Of a DNA stretch of 64,000 bases, positions 8,933-17,948 are shown piece by piece. The stretch lies in contig CAZNPZ010000007.1 in assembly GCA_964575255.1 (NCBI GenBank), positions 21,939-85,938 of the forward strand, in the 5' to 3' direction. Every line of letters begins with the position of its first letter. Position 1 is the first letter of the stretch. A program made the position numbers and the translations under genes. The notes below the pieces were generated by a model. That model was not told the origin of the DNA and made no database searches. It was given only the letters and a program-made list of their open reading frames with translations. This DNA is from an uncultured Oscillospiraceae bacterium (GTDB taxonomy: Bacteria; Bacillota; Clostridia; Christensenellales; Aristaeellaceae).

Positions 8933-9600
8933 GAAAGCACCTCGTTCAAAAGCGCGGACAGCGGCGCGCCGCCGCGCGCTTCCGCCAAGAGGCTTTCATA
9001 GAAATCCCGCGCCGCCCTGGCTCTGGGCGCGGCCATTTCGGCGGCTTCCGGCGTGTAGAAGCCGTCGTAGAGCCGGGACAGTTTGATGACGTACTCGTTC
9101 AGAAAGCTGGGCGTGTCCTCATGGCCGTCCAGCGCTTCCCCGTCCGCGTCCACATTGTAGATCGGCTCGCCGACGACGCCCTGGTAGAGCAGCGTCCTCG
9201 CGACGCCCATCGCGCCCGCGACATCCAGTTTGTCCGCGTCGTAGAGGATCTTCGCCTCGATGGATTCCGGCCTCTTTTTGCCCCGAAACCGGTGCGTGCG
9301 CACCGCGTCCGCGACCGCCTCCGCTTTGTTTTTATCCCAGCCCAGTTCGATCAGGTGCGCGCGCGCCACATCCGCGCCCGCCTTCGCGTGGTTGACCGAC
9401 GGATCTTTATACTGCGCGTCCCGCCCGATGTCGTGGAGGAGACACGAAGCGATCAAGATGTCCATATCAGCCTCCGGGTGGGACGCGGCGATCTGAAGCG
9501 CCGTCCGCAGCACGCGGTACACGTGCCGGCGGTCGTGCGCGCTGTCCTTCATATGGGAGAGCATGATTTTTTCAATCGTCTCAAACGTTTTCCGGTTCAT
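8929..9600 (-). CDS. HD-domain phosphohydrolase
   Basis: Track ORF trimmed to the ATG at 9600 (GGAGGTG upstream, MNRKTFETIEKIM...). Contains the HD motif LLHDIGRD. Stop overlaps the downstream gene start by 4 nt. Confidence 0.85.
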   Translation of the reverse strand: MNRKTFETIEKIMLSHMKDSAHDRRHVYRVLRTALQIAASHPEADMDILIASCLLHDIGRDAQYKDPSVNHAKAGADVARAHLIELGWDKNKAEAVADAVRTHRFRGKKRPESIEAKILYDADKLDVAGAMGVARTLLYQGVVGEPIYNVDADGEALDGHEDTPSFLNEYVIKLSRLYDGFYTPEAAEMAAPRARAARDFYESLLAEARGGAPLSALLNEVLS

Positions 9601-9727
9601 GGATACACCTCCGAGCAAAGTATAGGTTGCCCGGCAGGGCATGTCAAGTTTTAACCAATTTTCAGACGTTGCGCGCCGATGGACATGGTATAATGCCGCA
9701 CAAACGCGCACAAAGAGGTGTATAAAA

Positions 9728-10435
9728 ATGCGTCGGGAATTGTGGACAAGGGCGTTTGTCAAGACGCTGCCGGTTCTGTTCGGCTATGTGCCGCTGGGTA
9801 TGGCGTTCGGGTTCATGATGTCCGCGGCGGGCTACGCGCCCTTCGTGTCGTTTTCGATGAGCGCGTTCGTGTTCGCGGGATCGGCGCAGTATCTGGCGGT
9901 GACGATGTTCGCCCAGAACGCGTCGCTGCTGACAATGTTCGCGATGGTGTTCTTCCTGAACATCCGGCAGATGGTCTATGGGCTGTCGCTTCTGGAACTG
10001 TACCGGGACGCGGGCGCGTTCAAGCCCTACCTGATCTTCGCGTTGACCGACGAAGTGTATGCGATCATGGTGGGCGCGGAGCTGCCCGCGGGCGAGGCGC
10101 GCAAGCCTTACCTCGCGCTGGTGACGGCGTTGTGCCAAGGCTACTGGGTCGCGGGCACGATGCTGGGCGCGCTGGCCGGGGCTTTCATCCACATCAACAC
10201 AAAAGGGCTCGACTTCATGCTGACGGCGCTGTTTCTGGTCTTGACAATCGACCTCGCCAAGAAGTACAAAACCTGGGAACCGTTCGCGCTGGGCGGGCTC
10301 GCGGGCGTCCTCGCGCTGATTCTGGGCGGCCAGGCGCTGATGATGCCGCTGGCGCTCGCCCTCATTCTGGCCGCTCTGATCCTTTTCCGGGGGGGTTTTG
10401 AGGCGAAACTGACCGGACGGGAGGCGGGCGCGTGA
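9728..10435 (+). CDS. azlC: AzlC-family branched-chain amino acid transport protein
   Basis: ATG at 9728 after GAGGTG. Polytopic membrane protein (MRRELWTRAFVKTLPVLFGYVPLGMAFG...AGSAQY), typical of AzlC. Confidence 0.85.
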   Translation: MRRELWTRAFVKTLPVLFGYVPLGMAFGFMMSAAGYAPFVSFSMSAFVFAGSAQYLAVTMFAQNASLLTMFAMVFFLNIRQMVYGLSLLELYRDAGAFKPYLIFALTDEVYAIMVGAELPAGEARKPYLALVTALCQGYWVAGTMLGALAGAFIHINTKGLDFMLTALFLVLTIDLAKKYKTWEPFALGGLAGVLALILGGQALMMPLALALILAALILFRGGFEAKLTGREAGA

Positions 10436-10764
10436 CGAACGGAACACAGCTGGTTTTCGCGATCGCACTGATGGCACTCGCGACGGCATTGACCCGGTTT
10501 CTTCCCTTCCTCATTTTCGGTCGTGGCCGGAAGCCGCCCAAGTCCATCGAATACCTGGGCCGCGCGCTGCCGCCCGCAATGCTGACGCTCCTCGTCGTCT
10601 ACTGCCTGCGCTCCATCAGCTTTACCGCCCCGCCGTTTGGCCTCGCCGAACTCCTCGCCTGCGGCGCTGTCGCAGCACTGCACCTGTGGCGCGGCAACGC
10701 GCTGATCTCCATCTTCGGCGGCACGGCGGTGTATATGCTGCTTGTACAGTTTGTATTCGGGTAA
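10432..10764 (+). CDS. azlD: AzlD-family small membrane protein
   Basis: 110-aa hydrophobic ORF. GTG start overlaps the azlC stop (GTGA). This is the classic azlC-azlD pairing. Confidence 0.8.
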   Translation: MTNGTQLVFAIALMALATALTRFLPFLIFGRGRKPPKSIEYLGRALPPAMLTLLVVYCLRSISFTAPPFGLAELLACGAVAALHLWRGNALISIFGGTAVYMLLVQFVFG

Positions 10765-10831
10765 CTGTCAGGACTGATCTTCCCCGTCGGATTCCCGACA
10801 ATCCCCATCCTTCCCCGTCATCCCATCAAAT

Positions 10832-10898
10832 CGTTCCCGGCGACATGTGCGCGGGGAACGTGTTATCGCCCCCAGTGCCGAACACTGGGGGCGATAAC
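10832..10898. other. Two consecutive strong stem-loops in the convergent intergenic region
   Basis: Hairpin 10832-10860 (CGTTCCCGGCG..CGCGGGGAACG, one mismatch). It is followed directly by a perfect 16-bp hairpin, GTTATCGCCCCCAGTG(10862-10877) ccgaa CACTGGGGGCGATAAC(10883-10898). No U-tract on either strand. Confidence 0.6.
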
Positions 10899-10928
10899 AT
10901 TACCTTCCGTCAGCGGATTTCATCTGCC

Positions 10929-10961
10929 GCGTTGAAAAGCCGCGAAGCGGATTTTCAACGC
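10929..10961 (-). other. Hairpin 22 nt downstream of the L,D-transpeptidase stop, same family as the 2299-2329 hairpin
   Basis: GCGTTGAAAAgCCGC gaa GCGGaTTTTCAACGC. Shares the core GAAAGCCGC-N3-GCGGATTTC and the same G/A mismatch position with 2299-2329. It lacks a clear U-tract. Confidence 0.55.
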
Positions 10962-10982
10962 CAGCGCCGGTTCACCGGCGCG

Positions 10983-12932
10983 TTAGTAGATGATGACCTT
11001 CGTTCTGCGCGGGCAGTTCTGGTAGATCCATTTGGCGTTCTCCACGGAGAGGCGCACGCAGCCATGAGAAGCTTTCCTGCCCAGGTTGTGTACGGAGCCG
11101 TAGGTGGGCGAACCGCCCTTCTGGTTGAACAGGACCGAGTGGAACAGGTAGTTCCCCTGGATCGCGTAGGCGTACTGCGCCCAGACAGCGAACTCCTTGA
11201 AGTAGTGCCAGCGCGCCGCGGGGCCGGTGGTCGCCTGGAAAGTACCCTTGATCGTCGGCGTCGCAGGCAGTCCTGTGGAGCACTTCATCGTGCGAACCAG
11301 AATCGTGTACTCCTCATTCTCGTCGGGCGCGTAGGCGTACACACGCTGCTTTGCGATGGATACCTTCAGCAGGTATGGCTTCAACGCTTTCTTGGCCGAT
11401 TCCGAGAACAGCTTCTGAAGCGTACTCTTGTTGGCCTCGCCGGTCTGACTCAGCTTGTTGCGCTTCTGGAAGTCCTTGATCGCCTCGGTGGTCGCGGGGC
11501 CGTAGCCGCCGTCCGCGGAGGTGTAAAGGTACTCCAGATCAAACAGCCTGCGCTGCAGGCGCTTGACTTCCTCTCCGGTCGCACCGCTCGCCATCGCGCC
11601 TGGGATCGCCGGGAAGCTGTCTGCGAAAAACTTGTCCAGGAGGATCGGGTCGGCGATGCCGTTGATGACGGTCTCCAGCTGGCTGTCGTCGATCTTGATG
11701 TCGGCGGCGGGCGTGCCGCTGGCCATCGCCTCGGCGAAACGTTCCTCGCGCTCCTGCGCCTGGAAGTAAGCCTGCAGGTTCTCGATGGCGCGTTCGGTGG
11801 CGGCGCCGTAGCTGCCGTCAGGCGAGCCGATCATGAAGCCCAGCGCGTGCAGCCGCTGCTGCAGGAGCTTGACGTCCTCACCGGAGGATCCTTTCTGGAG
11901 CATCGGGTGGTCGGGCGATTTGGCCTGACCGGAGTACACCAGCTTCTGAAGCGCGATGTCGGCGACGCCGGTACGCTCAAGGCTGTTGTAGTACTGCATC
12001 AGGCGCACGCTCAGCTGCGTACCCGCGCCATAGAATCCGTCGGGCGACCCGATCAGGTAGCCAAGCGCGGACAGCCTGTTCTGGAAACGGAGTACGTCTT
12101 CGCCCTTGTCGCCGTACTTCAGGTCGACGCGGGCCGTCGGGAATTCGCTGGACATCACGAAGCTCAGAACCGTCGCGTCCGCGATGCCGTCCACCTGGGT
12201 CTTCGGCGTCGGCGCGGGCTCCAGGGTCGGTTCCGGGGTGGCGTTCGGGTCAGGGGTAGTCGAAGGGTCGGGCGTGGGCGTTGGCGCGGGAGCCGGCGTC
12301 GCGTTCGCGTCGATGTCATCCTGCTCCAACTGGCGGATGTACGTCTCCAGCGCGGAGACCGCCGCGGCGGTGCCCTTGCCGTACTGGCCGTCGGCGGTTC
12401 CGGTCAGGAACCCCAACTGGATCAATTTTTCCTGTAGCGCCCTGGTCGCGTCGTTTTTTGAGCCGCGCTGAAGCTGCTCAAAATAGGGCATGGTGACGCC
12501 CACGTTGGTCAGGTAGATCTTCCCGCCCGCGAGCGTTTCAGCCGCGGCGTCAATCTGGCCGCCGACCGCTTCACGGATCGCATGCGAGAGCTGATCCGCG
12601 CTCATGTTGGCGCCGCTTGCGATGGTCTCAGAGACCGCCACAGCGAACCGCTCGGAAAGCTCCGACCACGCGGCATCCTGCGGGGTTGTCACGAGAGAAA
12701 AAATCAGTTCCGTGCGAACGGACTGCCCGTTCAGCCGGTTGTCAAGCGCCATCCGCTTTTCCGTCAGGGCTGTCCCCTCCGGGACGTCCGGGGCGGCGCT
12801 TACCACGGCGTTGTCCGGCTCGTAAGCGCCCAGAAGGGTGCCGTCGCCGCGCTGTGCCTGAACAGTCAGGTACGCGCTCAGCGTCAGAGCCAGGCACAGC
12901 GCCACGGCAATTATGGCGTTAATGCGTTTCAT
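10983..12932 (-). CDS. L,D-transpeptidase with four peptidoglycan-binding (PG_binding_1-like) repeats
   Basis: Trimmed to the ATG at 12932 (GGAGG upstream, MKRINAIIAVALCLALTLSAYL). Four repeats of the L-x-x-L-G-(Y/F)-x(5)-DG-x-YG type. C-terminal YkuD motif HGCVRL. Confidence 0.9.
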   Translation of the reverse strand: MKRINAIIAVALCLALTLSAYLTVQAQRGDGTLLGAYEPDNAVVSAAPDVPEGTALTEKRMALDNRLNGQSVRTELIFSLVTTPQDAAWSELSERFAVAVSETIASGANMSADQLSHAIREAVGGQIDAAAETLAGGKIYLTNVGVTMPYFEQLQRGSKNDATRALQEKLIQLGFLTGTADGQYGKGTAAAVSALETYIRQLEQDDIDANATPAPAPTPTPDPSTTPDPNATPEPTLEPAPTPKTQVDGIADATVLSFVMSSEFPTARVDLKYGDKGEDVLRFQNRLSALGYLIGSPDGFYGAGTQLSVRLMQYYNSLERTGVADIALQKLVYSGQAKSPDHPMLQKGSSGEDVKLLQQRLHALGFMIGSPDGSYGAATERAIENLQAYFQAQEREERFAEAMASGTPAADIKIDDSQLETVINGIADPILLDKFFADSFPAIPGAMASGATGEEVKRLQRRLFDLEYLYTSADGGYGPATTEAIKDFQKRNKLSQTGEANKSTLQKLFSESAKKALKPYLLKVSIAKQRVYAYAPDENEEYTILVRTMKCSTGLPATPTIKGTFQATTGPAARWHYFKEFAVWAQYAYAIQGNYLFHSVLFNQKGGSPTYGSVHNLGRKASHGCVRLSVENAKWIYQNCPRRTKVIIY

Positions 12933-13056
12933 GTCAATCCTCCGTCCTGATTCGTTGGGGTTGTTACAGTCATCTGACGGGAGGGATCGACGGTTTGTTG
13001 CCGTGGCAGCCACAAAATCCGTCGCAAAGATCGGCGAATATTTTAACAGTCGGCTC

Positions 13057-13085
13057 TTTCAAATTGACAACCTATAATGTATAAT
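13057..13085 (+). promoter_or_regulatory. Possible sigma-A-type promoter for pta-ackA
   Basis: TTTCAA(13057-13062), 17 nt, TATAAT(13080-13085). A TTGACA also lies inside the spacer, so the assignment is ambiguous. Confidence 0.35.
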
Positions 13086-13138
13086 GGTTTGACGTGGCTG
13101 AGAATCATAGAAACAGGAATACCGGGAGGAGATTGGTC

Positions 13139-14140
13139 ATGGCGATCATCGAGAAGATCATGCTCAAAGCGAAAGCGGACGTTCGTCACATCGTATTGCC
13201 AGAGGGCGAGGAGAAGCGCAATATCGCCGCCGCGTCCAAGGTTGTAAAGGAAGGCCTGGCCCGCGTCACCCTGCTGGGAGACCCGGCGAAGATCGCCGAA
13301 ACAGCCAAAACCCTGGGTGTAGACCTCGAAGGTGTCCAGATCGTCAACCCCGCCTCGAGCGAGAAGGCCAAGCCTTACGCCGAGGCGCTTTATATGCTGC
13401 GCAAGGACAAGGGCATGACGGCTGAAGAAGCCGCGAAGAAGCTCGCCGACCCGATGTACTACGGCGTCATGATGGTAAAAATGGGCGACGCGGAAGGCCT
13501 GGTCTCCGGCGCGATTCACTCAACCGGCGACATGCTCCGGCCCGCGCTTCAGATCATCAAGTCAAAGCCCGGCATCAAGACGGTGTCCTCCTGCTTCCTG
13601 ATGGAAAGCCCTGACACGACCTACGGCGAGGGCGGCGTGATGATCTTCGCGGACTGCGCGGTCATCCCAAACCCCACCGCCGAGGAACTGGCGAACATCG
13701 CCGTCGCCGCGGCGGACTCCGCCCGGAGCCTCGCCGGTATGGAGCCGAAAGTCGCACTCCTGTCCTTCTCCACCAAGGGCAGCGCCAGCCACGAGCTGGT
13801 GACCAAGGTGCAGGAAGCCACCCGCATCGCGCATGAGCTCGCGCCCGACCTGAAGTTGGACGGCGAACTCCAGGCGGACGCCGCGCTGGTGGAATCCGTG
13901 GGACAACTGAAGAGCCCCGGCTCCCATGTCGCGGGTCACGCAAACGTACTGGTCTTCCCCGACCTGCAGGCGGGCAACATCGGTTACAAACTGGTGCAGC
14001 GGCTGGGCGGCGCGGAGGCCTACGGCCCGGTGCTGCAGGGCCTCGCGAAGCCCTGCAACGACCTGTCCCGCGGCTGCTCGGTGGATGACATCGTCGCGAC
14101 CGTCGCAATTACCGCGGTACAGGCGCAACAAAAGAATTGA
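13139..14140 (+). CDS. pta: Phosphate acetyltransferase
   Basis: ATG at 13139 after GGGAGGAG. The 333-aa product ([25 protein letters not shown]...) matches Pta over its full length by eye. Confidence 0.95.
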   Translation: MAIIEKIMLKAKADVRHIVLPEGEEKRNIAAASKVVKEGLARVTLLGDPAKIAETAKTLGVDLEGVQIVNPASSEKAKPYAEALYMLRKDKGMTAEEAAKKLADPMYYGVMMVKMGDAEGLVSGAIHSTGDMLRPALQIIKSKPGIKTVSSCFLMESPDTTYGEGGVMIFADCAVIPNPTAEELANIAVAAADSARSLAGMEPKVALLSFSTKGSASHELVTKVQEATRIAHELAPDLKLDGELQADAALVESVGQLKSPGSHVAGHANVLVFPDLQAGNIGYKLVQRLGGAEAYGPVLQGLAKPCNDLSRGCSVDDIVATVAITAVQAQQKN

Positions 14141-14175
14141 TTACATCGCGTTTGCGAGAAAGGTTTGAGCCAAAC

Positions 14176-15357
14176 ATGAAAATCCTGGTGATCAACGCGG
14201 GCTCCTCTTCCCTGAAGTATCAGCTGATCGATATGCAGAATGGTCAGGTGCTGGCCAAGGGACTGGCTGAGCGCATCGGCATTGACGGCAGCAAGCTGAC
14301 CCATCAGTACGGGGATCAGAAATACGTGGTCGAACAGCCGATGAAGACCCATACCGACGCGATCCAACTGGTCTTGGACGCGCTGATTGATCCCGCCCAC
14401 GGCGTGATCACGTCCATCGAGGAGATCGGCGCGGTGGGGCACCGCGTGCTGCACGGCGGCGACAAGTTTACCGCGTCCTGCGTGATCGACGAGACGGTCG
14501 AGAAGGCCATCGAGGACTGCATCCCGCTGGGCCCGCTGCACAACCCGGCGAACCTGATGGGCATCCGCGCCTGCCAGCGGGTCATGCCCGACACCAAGCA
14601 GGTGGCCGTGTTCGACACCGCGTTTCACCAGACCATGCCGCCCAAGGCGTATCTCTATGGCATTCCGATGGAATACTACAAAAAGCACGCCATCCGCCGC
14701 TACGGCTTCCACGGTACCAGCCACCGTTACGTGTCCGCTCGCGCGATCCGGCTGACCGGCGCGAAGAAGCTGATCGTGTGCCATCTGGGCAACGGTTCCT
14801 CGCTGAGCGCGGTGGTGGACGGCAAGTGCGTGGACACCTCGATGGGTCTGACGCCTCTGGAAGGCGTTTTGATGGGTACCCGCTCCGGCAGCCTCGACCC
14901 GGCGGTGGTGGAGACGATCGCGACCCGCGAGAACATGACCGCCGCGCAGGTGGTGGACATGCTCAACAAGAAGTCGGGCCTGATCGGCGTCAGCGGCCGT
15001 TCCAGCGACATGCGCGACGTGGTCGCCGGCGCGAAGGAAGGCGACGAGCGCTGCAAGGTCACCCGCGAAATGTGGGCGTACGGCATCCGCAAGTACATCG
15101 GCGCCTACGCAGCCGCGATGGGCGGTCTGGACGCGCTGATCTTCACCGCGGGCATCGGCGAAAACGACGCCTCCGGTCGCGCCGAGATCTGCGAAGGCCT
15201 GGAGTTCCTGGGCGTGGAACTGGATCCCGCGAAGAACGAAGGCAAGAGAAGCGAGGGCGAGATTTCCAGGGACGGCTCCAAGGTCAAGGTGTGGGTCATC
15301 CCCACCAACGAGGAGCTGGCCATCGCCCAGGACACGCTGGAACTTACGCAAAAATAA
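14176..15357 (+). CDS. ackA: Acetate kinase
   Basis: MKILVINAGSSSLKYQLIDM N-terminus, HRVLHGG, and a typical length of 393 aa. Confidence 0.95.
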   Translation: MKILVINAGSSSLKYQLIDMQNGQVLAKGLAERIGIDGSKLTHQYGDQKYVVEQPMKTHTDAIQLVLDALIDPAHGVITSIEEIGAVGHRVLHGGDKFTASCVIDETVEKAIEDCIPLGPLHNPANLMGIRACQRVMPDTKQVAVFDTAFHQTMPPKAYLYGIPMEYYKKHAIRRYGFHGTSHRYVSARAIRLTGAKKLIVCHLGNGSSLSAVVDGKCVDTSMGLTPLEGVLMGTRSGSLDPAVVETIATRENMTAAQVVDMLNKKSGLIGVSGRSSDMRDVVAGAKEGDERCKVTREMWAYGIRKYIGAYAAAMGGLDALIFTAGIGENDASGRAEICEGLEFLGVELDPAKNEGKRSEGEISRDGSKVKVWVIPTNEELAIAQDTLELTQK

Positions 15358-15420
15358 TTTGACAATTCCGCTGCCAGGCTTTACAATAAGCTGGTTAGCC
15401 CCTGCGAGGTGATTGCCCCC

Positions 15421-15930
15421 ATGATCGATGTGTCCAACGCGCTCAAGAATCCGGGACAGGCCTATCCGTTTGAATGCCCGCTGGCGCTCGAACCGATGGA
15501 CGTCCTGAGCGATGAGATCACGTTGACGGACATCCTCTTAAAGGGCGAGATGACCGGCGCGGGCGAATCGGTTTCGGTTCGGGGAACGGTGCGCGCGGAT
15601 CTCCACGCCCACTGCGCGAGGTGCCTGAAGGAAGTCTCGCAGCCGCTGAAGTCCGAAATCGACGAGGTGTTCGTGCGCGAGGCCGACCCGGAAAACCCCG
15701 ACCACCGGCTGTTGGAAGGCCACGAGATTGACCTGACGAGCCCGGCGCGGGAAGCGCTCCTTCTGGAGATGCCGATGCGGCTTCTCTGTCGGAAGGACTG
15801 CAAAGGGCTCTGCCCGGTCTGCGGCGCGAACCTCAACGACAAGTCCTGCGAATGCCCGAAGGGCGAGCCAAAGCCCAACCCCTTCGCGGCGCTCAGTAAG
15901 CTCTACCCCAATGACGACGAGGAGGTGTAA
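15421..15930 (+). CDS. yceD: YceD/DUF177-family protein (23S rRNA accumulation protein)
   Basis: Conserved position immediately upstream of rpmF. C-terminal CxxC...CxxC ([19 protein letters not shown]). ATG at 15421 after GAGGTG, with an alternative GTG at 15409. Confidence 0.85.
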   Translation: MIDVSNALKNPGQAYPFECPLALEPMDVLSDEITLTDILLKGEMTGAGESVSVRGTVRADLHAHCARCLKEVSQPLKSEIDEVFVREADPENPDHRLLEGHEIDLTSPAREALLLEMPMRLLCRKDCKGLCPVCGANLNDKSCECPKGEPKPNPFAALSKLYPNDDEEV

Positions 15931-15932
15931 TC

Positions 15933-16133
15933 ATGGCCGTACCGAAGTATAAAACGTCAAAGGCGCGCAAGCACTCCCGCCGCGCCGCCAATTGGAAGCT
16001 GTCTGTGCCCGGCATCGTCAAGTGCCCGCGCTGCCAGAAGATGAAACTGAGCCACCGCGTGTGCAAGCACTGCGGCTACTACGATGGGCAGAAGGTCATC
16101 GACATGGAGCCCGAAAAGAAGCAGGCGAAGTAA
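15933..16133 (+). CDS. rpmF: 50S ribosomal protein L32
   Basis: [18 protein letters not shown]... with a CxxC...CxxC zinc ribbon, 66 aa. Confidence 0.95.
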   Translation: MAVPKYKTSKARKHSRRAANWKLSVPGIVKCPRCQKMKLSHRVCKHCGYYDGQKVIDMEPEKKQAK

Positions 16134-16151
16134 GTTCCCAAGCATTGTTCA

Positions 16152-16188
16152 TAGGCCCCTATCCAAACGATAGGGGCTTATCTTTTTA
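16152..16188 (+). terminator. Rho-independent terminator after rpmF
   Basis: AGGCCCCTATC caaac GATAGGGGCTT followed by ATCTTTTTAT. Confidence 0.8.
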
Positions 16189-16194
16189 TAAACA

Positions 16195-16223
16195 TTGACG
16201 GCGAAACTGTGGCGTGATAGAAT
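16195..16223 (+). promoter_or_regulatory. Sigma-A-type promoter for the glycosyltransferase gene
   Basis: TTGACG(16195-16200), 17 nt, TAGAAT(16218-16223). Confidence 0.5.
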
Positions 16224-16268
16224 CAAAGCCAAAGTGTACAAACCGCAAATGGTCGGAGGCCCAAAGGA

Positions 16269-17087
16269 ATGCTACTTTCCGTCATCACCGTCTGTTTCAA
16301 TGCGGAAAAGGAAATCAAGAAGACCTTGGCTTCGGTAGTTTCGCAAAGCGCGCAAATCTTCGAATACATCATTGTGGACGGCGCTTCGACGGACGGGACG
16401 ATGGCGGTTGTGGACTCCTTCCGCCCGGCGTTTGAGGATAGAGGCATCCCCCTCCGCGTGATCAGCGAGAAGGATCGCGGCATCTACGACGCGATGAACA
16501 AGGGCGTGCGGCTCTCATCCGGCACATGGCTGAACTTCATGAACGCCGGGGACAGGTTTGAGAGCGCGGCGGTGCTCGATTCCGTGCGCGAAACGCTGGA
16601 ACAAGGCGACGCGGACGTCGTCTACGGGAGCACGGTGTATGTGTATCACGGTATGATGCGCTACGGTGACCCACTGCCGCTGGATCGCTTCGTCCGCAAG
16701 CAGCCGATCTGCCACCAGAGCAGCTTCATCCGCGCTTCGCTACTTATGGAACACCCGTACGACGATGGCTATAAAAGCGGCGGGGACTACGACTTCTTCC
16801 TCTGGGCGTATCGGCGGGGCGCGAAGTACCGTCAGGTGAGTCAACGCGTCGCGGTGTTTGAAAACGGCGGATTTGCGGACAGTCATCGCTCACTGATGAT
16901 GCTGGAACGGGCCAGGGCGCAGTATCGGCACGGCATGATACGAACGCGGCGCTACCTCCGCCTAACGGCGCTCGCGAGAGTCGAACAACTCCGGGAGGCG
17001 TTCCGCTCCGAAGCGCAGGCGCAGCGTCTGAACGACAGAATTTTCGGCAGGGAAAAGGGCTGGGTCAAGAGCGAATACGAAGAATGA
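16269..17087 (+). CDS. Family 2 glycosyltransferase
   Basis: MLLSVITVCFNAEKEI...IIVDGASTDGT...YDAMNKG is a typical GT2 N-terminal fold signature. Confidence 0.85.
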   Translation: MLLSVITVCFNAEKEIKKTLASVVSQSAQIFEYIIVDGASTDGTMAVVDSFRPAFEDRGIPLRVISEKDRGIYDAMNKGVRLSSGTWLNFMNAGDRFESAAVLDSVRETLEQGDADVVYGSTVYVYHGMMRYGDPLPLDRFVRKQPICHQSSFIRASLLMEHPYDDGYKSGGDYDFFLWAYRRGAKYRQVSQRVAVFENGGFADSHRSLMMLERARAQYRHGMIRTRRYLRLTALARVEQLREAFRSEAQAQRLNDRIFGREKGWVKSEYEE

Positions 17088-17094
17088 TTCTTAC

Positions 17095-17136
17095 AAAAGC
17101 CCGGCGTCCGCCGAAACGGACGCCGGGCGCTTTTCT
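17095..17136. terminator. Bidirectional terminator between convergent genes
   Basis: GCCCGGCGTCCG(17099-17110) ccgaaa CGGACGCCGGGC(17117-17128), flanked by an A-run and a T-run. Confidence 0.8.
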
Positions 17137-17148
17137 CATGCGGAGTAA

Positions 17149-17868
17149 TCAGCCTTCCAGCGCGTATACCGCCGTCACCGTGGCGCTGACGGTCACGTAG
17201 CCGGTGTCCACCTGGGTGGGCGCCGCGCCCATACCCTCGTCGGCGGCATACTTGGCGTTCACGAAGGGGGCATAGTTGTAATTCTCGGACTCGTTCAGCG
17301 AAGTAAGCGCGCCAAGCGTGACGCCCGCGGCCGCGGCCAGAACATCCGCCTTTTCGCGGGCCTTCTCGACGGCCAGTTTCAGCGCCTGCGCATAGGCCTC
17401 GTCGTCATCCTTCACAGAAAAAGCCACGCCCTGCAGTTGGTTCGCGCCGGCGTCCAGCGCCGCGTCGACCAGCGGGCCGACCAGTTCCATGTCGGCAGTC
17501 TTGATGTTCAGCGTGTGCGACGCGGTGTAGCCGGTCAGCTTCTGCTGCTGGCTGTCGGAATAATCGTAATTGCCCCAGACGCTCAGGTCGCTGACGGAGA
17601 TGTCCACTTCCTTCGCGCCTGCCTTGATCAGCGCCTTCTTGATGGCGGCAATACTCTTGTTGACAGCGGTCTGCGCGGCCACCGCGCCCTTGGCGGTCTC
17701 GCTGACGCCCAGCGTGATCGTGGCGGTGTCCGGCTTCATGTTGACCACGCCGGTACCGGAGACAGTCACCTGCGCACCGCCGCCGGACGCGGCCTCCGCG
17801 AACGCCTGCATCGGCGAAAGCATCAGAAGCGCCACCAGCGTCAGAGCCATAACCTTCCAGAACTTCAT
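17149..17868 (-). CDS. SIMPL/DUF541-family secreted protein
   Basis: Trimmed to the ATG at 17868 (GGAG upstream). Signal peptide MKFWKVMALTLVALLMLSPMQAFA. Body resembles the 26-kDa periplasmic immunogenic protein family. Confidence 0.8.
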   Translation of the reverse strand: MKFWKVMALTLVALLMLSPMQAFAEAASGGGAQVTVSGTGVVNMKPDTATITLGVSETAKGAVAAQTAVNKSIAAIKKALIKAGAKEVDISVSDLSVWGNYDYSDSQQQKLTGYTASHTLNIKTADMELVGPLVDAALDAGANQLQGVAFSVKDDDEAYAQALKLAVEKAREKADVLAAAAGVTLGALTSLNESENYNYAPFVNAKYAADEGMGAAPTQVDTGYVTVSATVTAVYALEG

Positions 17869-17948
17869 GATAATCACTCCTTCAACCTCGTTTTTGGGTA
17901 CAAAAATGGCGCATGGCGAAATTTGCATGCGCCACAGGGGAACCTTGA

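Noticed and set aside
10686-12437. 583-aa plus-strand ORF opposite the L,D-transpeptidase gene. Similar long antisense ORFs occur at 14020..15351, 30992..32188, 33395..34396, 50918..51814, 59474..60667 and elsewhere.
   Set aside because: Each overlaps, on the opposite strand, a gene with clear family motifs. They have Arg/Gly/His-rich low-information translations and lack RBS-start pairs. They are treated as GC-driven shadow ORFs.
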